A DNA stretch of 64,000 nt. Source: Spirochaetia bacterium. GTDB taxonomy: Bacteria > Spirochaetota > Spirochaetia > CAKZLE01. This document shows positions 19,415-28,171 of the stretch, piece after piece. Positions within the stretch are counted from its first letter, which is position 1. Each line of letters opens with the position of its first letter. The notes below the pieces were generated by a model. It did no database searches and had not been told where the DNA came from. It was given only the letters and a program-made list of their open reading frames with translations. The position numbers and the translations under genes are program-made. The DNA lies in the NCBI GenBank assembly GCA_963677595.1, contig OY782041.1, forward strand, positions 4,096,001 to 4,160,000, given 5' to 3'.

Positions 19415-20624
19415 CCTTCTTCTTGTTCTGTGCGAAACAGAGGGGTATCATCGCATACACGCTCGATGCGGCTGCAAGCTCCTCGACTGACAGGCTCTCC
19501 TCCGTGCCGTGGCAGAGGGATTCATCCCCAGGTCCATAGCCGACGCTTGGTATCCCGGTTATCCCGCAGAGGTAGGTGGCGTTGGTACAGAAGTCCCATT
19601 TGCCCACTACCGGGGTCTTCCCGGTCGTCAGCTCGACAGCCTTTACCGCGGAGGTAACGACAGGATGGTCCTCAGGCATGACCCAGCTCGGGAAATAGTC
19701 CTCCTGGATGATGCGGTAGCCGGTATAGGTCGTCACATCCTCGGTATCGATCGTTGCCGAGGCATCGCTCAATGCCAGCAGGCCTGAGAGTTCCTCGAGG
19801 AGCTCTTCCTTGCTCTCCCCGCAGGAGATCCGCCGGTCAGCGACAATGGTCGCACCGCCGGGGATCGTGTTCAGCGAAGGGGTATCGCATACAACAGTGG
19901 TGACCTCGATGGAGCCCTTTCCCAGAAACTCATCTTCCCGGCTGGCCTGCATCTCATCGATACCGCTGATCAGCGGGAGCGCCTTGATCAGGGCGTTCTC
20001 CCCTCTCCAGGCGGCAGAGGCATGCGCTGCCTTCCCCTTGACCTGCATACGGATGAGCGCCCTGCCCTTGTGGCCCCTGATCACCCTGCCCTCACTGGCC
20101 TCGCCAACGAGGATCATATCAGGCTTGATATCAGGGTTGAGTTCCATCATGGCCTTCACGCAGCTGCCCTCGACGTCCTCTTCCGAGATCGACCCGGAAA
20201 CCCAGTAGCTGATCTCACTATCCAGGCCAAGTTCCTTCACCGCACGGGCGGCGAACACCATGGCACAAAGGCATCCCTTGTCATCGATGATCCCGCGGCC
20301 GCTAATCATGCCGTCAGCAAGACGGGGCTGCAGGGGGTCGAATCCCCAGTCCTCGGCATCTCCCGGCTCAACCGTGTCTATATGGGCATCAGCCAGGATG
20401 ACGGCAGGTCCTGTCCCGACACAGCCGAGGCAGTTGCCGGCCTCATCGATCCGTACGTCATCGAACCCGTACTCCTTCATCTTACCTGCGAGGTACTCCA
20501 CTGCTTCCTTCTCATGGTAGGTCTCGCTGTTGATGCTCATCAATCCCATGGTGAACTGTGCAAGCTCATCCTGGTGCTCCTTCATCCACTGGTTCAGTGC
20601 TGTCGCTGTCGTTTCCAGATTCAT
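19407..20624 (-). CDS. YgeY-like M20 metallohydrolase
   Basis: DAHIDTV, DDKG, SEEDVEG, GEAS, GHKGR, W.FCTN, GPG.E.LCH. Confidence 0.88.
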   Translation of the reverse strand: MNLETTATALNQWMKEHQDELAQFTMGLMSINSETYHEKEAVEYLAGKMKEYGFDDVRIDEAGNCLGCVGTGPAVILADAHIDTVEPGDAEDWGFDPLQPRLADGMISGRGIIDDKGCLCAMVFAARAVKELGLDSEISYWVSGSISEEDVEGSCVKAMMELNPDIKPDMILVGEASEGRVIRGHKGRALIRMQVKGKAAHASAAWRGENALIKALPLISGIDEMQASREDEFLGKGSIEVTTVVCDTPSLNTIPGGATIVADRRISCGESKEELLEELSGLLALSDASATIDTEDVTTYTGYRIIQEDYFPSWVMPEDHPVVTSAVKAVELTTGKTPVVGKWDFCTNATYLCGITGIPSVGYGPGDESLCHGTEESLSVEELAAASSVYAMIPLCFAQNKKKDA

Positions 20625-20639
20625 AACGTATCGTGCCTC

Positions 20640-21113
20640 CTACTTGCTGTTCATGATTCCTGCAGCCTGTTTGACTGCATCGAAGATCTGATGGTACCCG
20701 GTACACCTGCAGAGGTTCCCGCTCAACCCGACCCGGATCGCCTCCTCAGTCGGTTCAGGGTCATCCTGCAGCAGGGCATAGGCGCTCATGATCATACCTG
20801 GGGTACAGAACCCGCACTGTACTGCACTGCAGTCGATGAACGCCTGCTGCAGGGGGTGGAGTTCCCCGTTCGGGGCAGCTATGCCCTCTATGGTCAGTAT
20901 ATCGGCTCCTTCGGCCGCCCCGGCGGGAACGGTGCACGAGGCTACCGCCCTCCCGTCCATGAGCACGGTACACGCACCGCACTCGCCTATCCCGCAGCCC
21001 TCCTTCGTCCCAGCCAGGCTCAGGTAGTCCCTCAGCAGGTCGACCAGCCGCTTCTCAGCGGGGAGGGTCACGGATTCGTTCTTCCCATTCACGGTAAGGT
21101 TCACTGTGATCAT
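20640..21113 (-). CDS. XDH-family 2x[2Fe-2S] subunit
   Basis: GTKEGCGIGECGACTV, QCGFCTPG, NLCRCTGY; ATG at 21113 with RBS AAGGAG. Confidence 0.95.
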   Translation of the reverse strand: MITVNLTVNGKNESVTLPAEKRLVDLLRDYLSLAGTKEGCGIGECGACTVLMDGRAVASCTVPAGAAEGADILTIEGIAAPNGELHPLQQAFIDCSAVQCGFCTPGMIMSAYALLQDDPEPTEEAIRVGLSGNLCRCTGYHQIFDAVKQAAGIMNSK

Positions 21114-21118
21114 CTTCG

Positions 21119-21991
21119 CTACTCCTTGATCCCGCTGCACTGGCAGAGAAGTCGATACATGACATCCCTGATCACAGGCTGCTTATAGGGGGTACTCCAG
21201 CGGTTCCCTGTCACTTCCAGCACGTAGTCCGCGCACATCCCGGCGGCCGCATGGAACACCTCGTTCCCCGCCCGTTTCCCGACCAGGGCCTGTTCCACAG
21301 GACTGAACCTGTCGGGAACAGAGAGCGCTGAACCGACTGCGATCCGTACATCCTCGATTGTGAGGTCATCCTGCAGCTTCATGAGGAGTGAGAAGTTCAG
21401 CCGTGACTTGGCTACCGCCTCACGCCTGATCAGCTTGAAGAACCTGCCGGTATACCCCTTCCCTTCGAGGCTCTGGTAGGAGATGCCCGTGAGCAGCTCC
21501 CCCTCTCTGATATCGGTCTGCTTGGGACCGGTGAAGAAATCACCGATCTTCACGTCTCTCGTGCTGCCGTCTACTCCCATCAGGTGGAGGACCGCATCAA
21601 GGGTGAGGAGGACCGGGATCGTATCCGAACACTGCGCGGCAGTGATGATATTCCCACCGATCGTCCCCCGGTTCCTGATCTGGGGCGAGCCAACCTGCCC
21701 GGCAGCGTAGTCGAGGACCAGCGAGGTCCTCCTGATCTCCTCATGCTTCGCGATCTCCCCCAGGAGCATCCCGGCACCGATATATACTTCAGCACCATCG
21801 GTGCTGAACTCTTTCAGCTCCTGGACACTGGAGATATCGATGCAGGAGAACTCCTCTTCTGATCCGCCGACATGCTGCTCGATCATGAGGTCGGTTCCCC
21901 CGTTGAGGATCAGCGGCCTGCAGGAGGCTGCCTGTATATAGACAAGGGTCTCCGCTATGGTCTTACTCTTCTGGTATGTGTTGAATTTCAT
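21119..21991 (-). CDS. XDH-family FAD-binding subunit
   Basis: GGTDL, VGSPQIRNRGTIGGN, FFTGP. Confidence 0.95.
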   Translation of the reverse strand: MKFNTYQKSKTIAETLVYIQAASCRPLILNGGTDLMIEQHVGGSEEEFSCIDISSVQELKEFSTDGAEVYIGAGMLLGEIAKHEEIRRTSLVLDYAAGQVGSPQIRNRGTIGGNIITAAQCSDTIPVLLTLDAVLHLMGVDGSTRDVKIGDFFTGPKQTDIREGELLTGISYQSLEGKGYTGRFFKLIRREAVAKSRLNFSLLMKLQDDLTIEDVRIAVGSALSVPDRFSPVEQALVGKRAGNEVFHAAAGMCADYVLEVTGNRWSTPYKQPVIRDVMYRLLCQCSGIKE

Positions 21992-21994
21992 GGT

Positions 21995-24292
21995 TTACCT
22001 CTTGAGACTCCTTCCGATCTTCACCCGCTCAAGGTTCAGGGGAAGGGACCTCAGTCTCCTGCCTGTCGCATGATAGAGCGCGTTCCCGATCGATGGTGCT
22101 GCGAGTTCGATCCCGATCTCCCCGATACCCTTCGCGCCGTAAGGCCCTTCCGGGTTGGTCGTCTCATAGATCTTCAGGTCGATCGGCGGGACATCCACGG
22201 TCGTGGGGATCATGTAGTCATCAAAGTTACGTGTCAGCAGTTCTCCGTCCCGTTCTGCCATCTCCTCATATAACGCATAGCCGATCCCCTGGACGAGTCC
22301 TCCGACGAACTGCCCGTAGGCCAGGTCAGGGTTGATGGCGGTCCCAAGCTCATAGGCAACGGTCATCCGGTCCACGGTGATCTTCCCTGTGGCCTCATCG
22401 ACGGTCACCTCAGTGATCGCGACCCCGTTTGTATAGGTCTGGTAGCAGTCACCCTGCTGGGTATCTGCGTCGATATGGGCCAGCGGCGGGTTGTACCAAC
22501 CCTGTGCCGACAGGTTCGTGCCCAGTGGGTATACGCAGTAATCTATGAGTTCCTTGAACCCGCAGATCACCTTCCCGTCCTTGCCAACGAGCTGGTCATC
22601 CTTGATCATGAGTTCATCTGCCGGGATGCCGGTCTTCTTCTCGGCTGCTTCCAGCAGGGCAGCGGTCAGTTTACGGGCAGCATCGAGGACAGCCCGCCCG
22701 CCTGACTGGGTGCCACGGCTTGCCACTGTCGGGCCGCCGTCCAGGGTGATGGAGGTATCGGAATGCCTGAAATCTATCCTCTCGATATTCACTCCCAGCG
22801 CCTCGGCGGCGATCTGGGAATGGGCGGTACGCATACCCTGCCCCATCTCGGTATGCCCGGAGAACAGGAGGATGCTCCCGTCATGACATACGGTGAGCAT
22901 GGCGCTCGAGGAATCGACTCCCTCGCCCCCGAGCCCGGCACCCCGGTAGGTCACCGCGATACCGATCCCTTTCTTCAGGCTTCCCGAGGACTCATTCGTC
23001 TTGGGATAGTTCTGCCATTTCGTATCGAAACCAGCCCGTTCGGAGGTCTCATTGATCATCATCTCCAGCGGGGCGGCGATATAGCCGTCCTTGAGGACCT
23101 GTCCGCAGGCTATCGAGTTCCCTTCCCGCAGGACGTTCAGCAGCCTGAAGTCCTTGGGGTTCAGCTGCCGTTCCGAAGCGATCTCATCGATCAGGGTCTC
23201 GATGGCGAAGAGGACCTGAGGACCGGAGAAACCGCGATAGGCACCGCCGTAGATGGTATTGGTATATTTCCCAAAGAGGTCCGCCCTGATGTTCGGGATG
23301 TTATAGGCTCCGGCTGTATGGACGACTGCCCTCCAGTTGGAGAAGCGCGCCTTGTTGTTGTAGGCACCACCCTGGCAGGTCAGCCGGGACTTGAGGGCTG
23401 TTATGATGTTATCGTCATCTAACCCCACCTCATATTCCATCCGGAAGGGATGCCGCTTGCAGCTCTCGAGGAAGGATTCCTCCCTGGTGAGGTCCATGCG
23501 TACCGGTCTCCCGGTCATTGATGAGAGGACTGCACAGCGTGCGGCCATGTTCATCACGGACTCATCCTTGCCGCCGAAACTCCCGCCTACCGCAGTCAGC
23601 ACCACGCGGACCTGGCTCTCGGGGATACCGAGGGCAGTTGCCACGTTCGCCCTGATGGTATAGGGGTTCTGGATCGTGCCGTACACCTCATACCCGTGGT
23701 GGAATGGTGCCGGCAGTACGGTGATGGATTCAGGCTCGATATAGGCCTGGTCCTGGAACCCTACTTCGTAGGTCCCGGAGAAGTGGTTCGGCGCAGATGC
23801 GAACCCATTCTCGAAATCACCCTTGCGCAGGGGGAACTTGGTCAGCTCCATCTCGTTGTCCGTTGCATCAGCATGCACGAGAAGCTCCTGCTCACCGATA
23901 GCCTGGTCGAGGCTCCAGATACCTGGAAGCTCCTCATACTCGACCCTGATCAATGCGGCGGCCTTCTGGGCAATCTCGCGCGTCTCGGCGGCGACAGCCG
24001 CTATGGCATCCCCGGTATACTTTGCCTCTGACTCAGCAAAGACGGGGAATCTCCCGTACATCTCGTTGTTCCCGGGAACGTCATCTGCGGTAGCCACAGC
24101 CGCGACTCCCTGGAGCCTGAGCGCTTCAGAGGTATCGATGGACGCTATCCTGATATGGGGTTTCGGGGAATACAGCGACACTGCATGCAGCTGCTTTGAC
24201 ACCGTGAAGTCAGCGCCGAAGACGGCTTTCCCCGTGACCTTCTCATAGCCGTCGACTCTCTTGCAGCTTTTGCCGACATAGGTATAACTCAT
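21995..24292 (-). CDS. XDH-family molybdopterin-binding subunit
   Basis: QAYIEPE, GGSFGGK, AYRGFSGPQ, EMGQG, GPTVASRGT, GAKGIGE. Confidence 0.95.
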   Translation of the reverse strand: MSYTYVGKSCKRVDGYEKVTGKAVFGADFTVSKQLHAVSLYSPKPHIRIASIDTSEALRLQGVAAVATADDVPGNNEMYGRFPVFAESEAKYTGDAIAAVAAETREIAQKAAALIRVEYEELPGIWSLDQAIGEQELLVHADATDNEMELTKFPLRKGDFENGFASAPNHFSGTYEVGFQDQAYIEPESITVLPAPFHHGYEVYGTIQNPYTIRANVATALGIPESQVRVVLTAVGGSFGGKDESVMNMAARCAVLSSMTGRPVRMDLTREESFLESCKRHPFRMEYEVGLDDDNIITALKSRLTCQGGAYNNKARFSNWRAVVHTAGAYNIPNIRADLFGKYTNTIYGGAYRGFSGPQVLFAIETLIDEIASERQLNPKDFRLLNVLREGNSIACGQVLKDGYIAAPLEMMINETSERAGFDTKWQNYPKTNESSGSLKKGIGIAVTYRGAGLGGEGVDSSSAMLTVCHDGSILLFSGHTEMGQGMRTAHSQIAAEALGVNIERIDFRHSDTSITLDGGPTVASRGTQSGGRAVLDAARKLTAALLEAAEKKTGIPADELMIKDDQLVGKDGKVICGFKELIDYCVYPLGTNLSAQGWYNPPLAHIDADTQQGDCYQTYTNGVAITEVTVDEATGKITVDRMTVAYELGTAINPDLAYGQFVGGLVQGIGYALYEEMAERDGELLTRNFDDYMIPTTVDVPPIDLKIYETTNPEGPYGAKGIGEIGIELAAPSIGNALYHATGRRLRSLPLNLERVKIGRSLKR

Positions 24293-24334
24293 AGATTCTC
24301 CTTATGGTCGTCCTCTCTCTGCAGGGATGATCAA

Positions 24335-24437
24335 GGTACATACATGTCCATGCATAAACCCCAAGCGATTCCACCAATTCATCCACTCCAGAGCATATAT
24401 CGTGCGTACTATCTAGGATATACTTGTACATACATGT
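24335..24437. promoter_or_regulatory. Two putative GntR/HutC operators upstream of the xdh operon
   Basis: GGTACATACATG (24335-24346) and ACTTGTACATACATGT (24422-24437), matching the 15006 box. Confidence 0.6.
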
Positions 24438-24582
24438 TGTCAATAATAAATAGCACGGTTTGAGCAATCCAACGAGATCATATATCTGGAGGTATGAGGA
24501 ACAAGAGCTGGGAAGGCCATAGAGGGACCTTCCAGCACATATGAAAAGAGACAGTATGTGGGGGATTATATTGATGACCCGG

Positions 24583-25758
24583 TTATTCTGCGAGCGTCCC
24601 CATGATGATCTCGTATCCTTCCCTAGCTTTCTCGAGCTGGTCGATCTCGATGTACTCATCGATCGTGTGGGCGAGAAACTCATCCGAGGGACCGAATCCG
24701 ATGGTCTTTATGTGCGCTTCCCCGGCATAATGGCTTCCGTTCGTACAGAAGTCATAATGGGTGAGCACCGTATCGAACCCCTGTTCGATGAGGGCATTAT
24801 AGACTGAGGAGACAAAGGGTTCGCTCTTCTGATAGGCCCACCCGGGGAAGAATCGCTCATCACCGATCGTATCGCCGGTATAGCAGAGGAGTTCAGCCTT
24901 TGCCAGGGAGACCTTCACATCAAGCTCAGGCATCGTCTCTTTCAGCGCCTCTACCGCTTGATTGATCGGGGCTAAGACGCTCTCTTTCGTCTCTCCAACC
25001 AGAAGTCTCCTGTCCCAGGTAGTCCGGCAATAGTCCGGGACGACAGAAGCCCCTGGGTACGGGGAAGAGATGATATCGACCAGCACGAGAATCCCATCCC
25101 CGAGGTCTTCGTCATGTACCGGGGGGATCACCTTGACGGCATTGACGACCTCAGCCATCTGATAGACGGCATTGATCCCGTGCTGGGGGTTTGCGCTGTG
25201 GGCAGGTTTACCGAATGTCTCGATGACGATCTCAGCCCGGCCTCGCTGACCATGTTTCACATTGAGACGGGAAGCCTCCCCGATGATGACATAATCAGGA
25301 TGGTGGTTCCTGCTGATCTCACGGGCGGCGACCCCTTCGAAGCACTCCTCATGGCAGACCCCGGCAACACAGATACTGCCCTTGAAGTTCCGGTTAGTCT
25401 TTGCTGCGAAATCACGAGCCCCGACAAGCATCGCGGCAAGGGCCCCCTTCATATCAGAAGCCCCGCGGCCGTAGACCCTGCCTTCAGAGACCTCCCCGCT
25501 GAACGGGGCATGGGTCCATTTAGACTCATCGGGGACAGGCACTGTATCGATGTGTGCATCATACAGCTGGACCGGGCCAGCTTCAGATCCGATAATGGTT
25601 CCGACAACATTCCCGTACCTGTCGCGCTCGACCCTGTCGAACGACAGTTCCCTCATCACCTCTTCGAGCACATCCGCTACCTGGCCCTCTTCACCTGAAT
25701 AGCTCTTTGCCCTGATAAGCCTCTGACAGATCTCTACTACTTCATCGCTATAACTCAT
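24583..25758 (-). CDS. YgeY-like M20 metallohydrolase (second paralog)
   Basis: DAHIDTV, GRGASDMKG, HEECFEG, GQRGR, FCTNGSHY, AHTIDE. Confidence 0.88.
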   Translation of the reverse strand: MSYSDEVVEICQRLIRAKSYSGEEGQVADVLEEVMRELSFDRVERDRYGNVVGTIIGSEAGPVQLYDAHIDTVPVPDESKWTHAPFSGEVSEGRVYGRGASDMKGALAAMLVGARDFAAKTNRNFKGSICVAGVCHEECFEGVAAREISRNHHPDYVIIGEASRLNVKHGQRGRAEIVIETFGKPAHSANPQHGINAVYQMAEVVNAVKVIPPVHDEDLGDGILVLVDIISSPYPGASVVPDYCRTTWDRRLLVGETKESVLAPINQAVEALKETMPELDVKVSLAKAELLCYTGDTIGDERFFPGWAYQKSEPFVSSVYNALIEQGFDTVLTHYDFCTNGSHYAGEAHIKTIGFGPSDEFLAHTIDEYIEIDQLEKAREGYEIIMGTLAE

Positions 25759-26245
25759 ATATTTATACTCCCGACGACTGCTCCACAGCTAAGGATCCGA
25801 ACAGTCATTCTTTCATGCTCAGTATCACCCTCTGCAGATCGTCCTAAGGAACCCCTTTTTGGCATGTTCTGTTAGGTGCTATATGTGAGAATTCCTGATT
25901 ACCAAGAAAAAAGCTCATTACTATCGCACACTGATATGGGCAATGCAAAAAAAAGATATCGTAACTAAAGTCCATGAGTCAATACAAAGATTCGGAGGAA
26001 CCTCTAAAAAGCAAATCTTTGCTACATTTATGTAACTTTTATACAGACTAAAAAAAGAATTTTGCTTGTTAAAATTCAATAATACCTTGTATTTTAGAGT
26101 ATTTCTCTATACAACTTCAGCATTTTAAGAAAAATCCATCTTAAATTCTATCATACAGCATCTATCCTAAAGGTCTATTGACCAACATACGTTTCAAAGG
26201 TATTGACCTCGTTGCTGGATTTTCATAAAGTTCTACTCGACAGTG

Positions 26246-26263
26246 ATTGACAACGCTGTCAAT
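26246..26263. promoter_or_regulatory. Putative LacI-family operator
   Basis: ATTGACAACGCTGTCAAT, near-perfect palindrome with central CG, in the AT-rich intergenic region. Confidence 0.65.
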
Positions 26264-26364
26264 TTCTATATTGCAATTAATTTTCATATAATAATACAAT
26301 ATTGTAGTTTTACTATATATTTCATACATTTATGTATCTATTCTAACAGGGAAAGGAGCTGATT

Positions 26365-27027
26365 ATGGAGAAAGTGAAGATCGTTGGGATCTGCGGGAGC
26401 TCACGGAAGGGAGCAACCCAGTATGCGTTGGAACAGGCTTTGACTGAAGCTGAGAAGTATGGTGCTGAGGTCGAAATGATCACCTTACGGGGAAAAAAGA
26501 TCAATTTCTGTATCCAGTGTGATAAATGCGTCCGAGAGAAACAGGACCACTGCGTGATCTATGATGATGACATGCAGGACTACTATGAGAAAGTATACCA
26601 GGCAGATGGCATCATTATTGCATCTCCTGTGTATAACATGGCAGCCAATGCACTGACGTTAGCGTTCATCAACCGATTCCGCTCAAGCTTCCTGATTGCA
26701 CAGGAGAAACCTGAGTTCTTCAGTACCAAGCTTGCAGCGGCGATTACCACGGGAGGGACGCGAAACGGCGGCGAGGAGACAGCCAACGGTTCGATCGTGA
26801 ATGCTTGCAGTTCGCTCGGGTTCACCTGCGTCAGCGGTGGGATCGGTACCTACACCGGGGGCTGTGTATGGAGTCAGGACCGGAAGGCGGAAGGTGCCAA
26901 GGAAGATACGATCGGCATAAACAACTGCCGGAAGATCGGCAGAAAGATCACGGTGATGGCAAGCATCATCAAGGAAGGCAAGAAGGTAACAGGGGAGTTC
27001 CCTGTTGAGGAATATGTGATCAGGTAA
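26365..27027 (+). CDS. Iron-sulfur flavoprotein / flavodoxin-like FMN reductase
   Basis: GICGSSRKG, CIQCDKC...C, ASPVY, GGTRNGGEE. Confidence 0.88.
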   Translation: MEKVKIVGICGSSRKGATQYALEQALTEAEKYGAEVEMITLRGKKINFCIQCDKCVREKQDHCVIYDDDMQDYYEKVYQADGIIIASPVYNMAANALTLAFINRFRSSFLIAQEKPEFFSTKLAAAITTGGTRNGGEETANGSIVNACSSLGFTCVSGGIGTYTGGCVWSQDRKAEGAKEDTIGINNCRKIGRKITVMASIIKEGKKVTGEFPVEEYVIR

Positions 27028-27056
27028 GCCTTTATCAGGCAGTATGGAGGATTATT

Positions 27057-28145
27057 TTGGCTGACTTGAAAACGACGTTGTGCGGGATGGAGCTTGAGAG
27101 CCCGTTCGTACTGGGGTCCGGACCGCTCGGCTTTGATGCAGAGAGTCTGATAGAGGCAACTGCATGGGGTGCCGGGGCGGTCGTGACCAAGTCGATCGCG
27201 GCAGAACCGTTCGTGAACACCACACAGCATATGGCAATGAATGGCCCCCTTGCGCTGATCAACAACGAACTGGGATCCGACCTTCCCTTGAAGCAGTGGA
27301 CCTCCACGGAGATCCCCAAGGCGAAGGACGGCGGTGTGAAGGTCCTGATAGCCAGCGTATACGGGTATGAGTCCGATGACGAGGCGATCTATGTGGCTAA
27401 GGAGTGTGAACGCGCCGGTGCTGACATGATCGAGATCGTAAGCGGGTACCTGGAAGCAGGTAAGCTCTCTGGACTGATCAGATCCCTGAAGAGCTCAGTG
27501 AGCATACCGGTGATCGCGAAGGTGAATGCGAACTGGACGAATACCGACGATGTCGCCTACGCCTGTTCAGAGGCCGGGGCAGATGCGATCACCGCCATCG
27601 ACTCGATGGGGCCGGCGTATCGGCTGAACCTGGCTACCGCTCAGCCGGTACTCGGCGGCAGCGGCTACGGATGGGTCTCGGGGTCAAGGATCCTCCCCTT
27701 CGCACTGCGGTATGTACATGACATCGCCCTGAAGAGCACGGTAGACATCATCGGGACCGGCGGCATCACGACGCCGAAGGATGCCCTTGAGATGCTCCTT
27801 GCAGGTGCGTCCTGCTGCGGAGTATGCAGTCTTCCCATCATCAGGGGTGCATCGGTCTTCAAGACCCTGAACGAGGGGCTTGCCAAGCTTCTGGACCAGT
27901 ACGGCTACGGCAGTGTCAAACATGCGAGCAGGAGATCCCTGCAAGCGGATACCCTGCCGGAGCGGAGCATAGCAGATTTCAGGTTCAATGCGGAGACCTG
28001 CACCAGGTGCATGAAATGTGTCACGGTATGCCCATACAAAGCAAGGACGCTGGCTGGGGACGAGAACACCGTAGACGGTGATGCATGCAGGATCTGCGGG
28101 CTGTGCTTCGATGCATGCCCGAACGGATCCATTTCGATTATGTAA
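27057..28145 (+). CDS. DHOD/PreA-like FMN protein with C-terminal 2x[4Fe-4S] (paralog of 13907-14983)
   Basis: SPFVLGSGP, GAVVTKS, PVIAKVN, GTGGI, two CxxCxxCxxxCP. Confidence 0.85.
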   Translation: MADLKTTLCGMELESPFVLGSGPLGFDAESLIEATAWGAGAVVTKSIAAEPFVNTTQHMAMNGPLALINNELGSDLPLKQWTSTEIPKAKDGGVKVLIASVYGYESDDEAIYVAKECERAGADMIEIVSGYLEAGKLSGLIRSLKSSVSIPVIAKVNANWTNTDDVAYACSEAGADAITAIDSMGPAYRLNLATAQPVLGGSGYGWVSGSRILPFALRYVHDIALKSTVDIIGTGGITTPKDALEMLLAGASCCGVCSLPIIRGASVFKTLNEGLAKLLDQYGYGSVKHASRRSLQADTLPERSIADFRFNAETCTRCMKCVTVCPYKARTLAGDENTVDGDACRICGLCFDACPNGSISIM

Positions 28146-28171
28146 AGAACTAAGTATAAGGAGAATAACAG

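Noticed and set aside
20022-21188. 388-aa plus-strand ORF and many other long antisense ORFs (e.g. 3603-4415, 10107-10868, 33460-34251, 48537-49418, 59666-60448)
   Set aside because: Shadow frames opposite well-supported genes in GC-rich coding DNA; no recognisable motifs.
24450-24467. Sigma54-like TAGCACGGTTTGAGC
   Set aside because: Lacks the invariant GG and TTGC and is oriented opposite to the adjacent operon.
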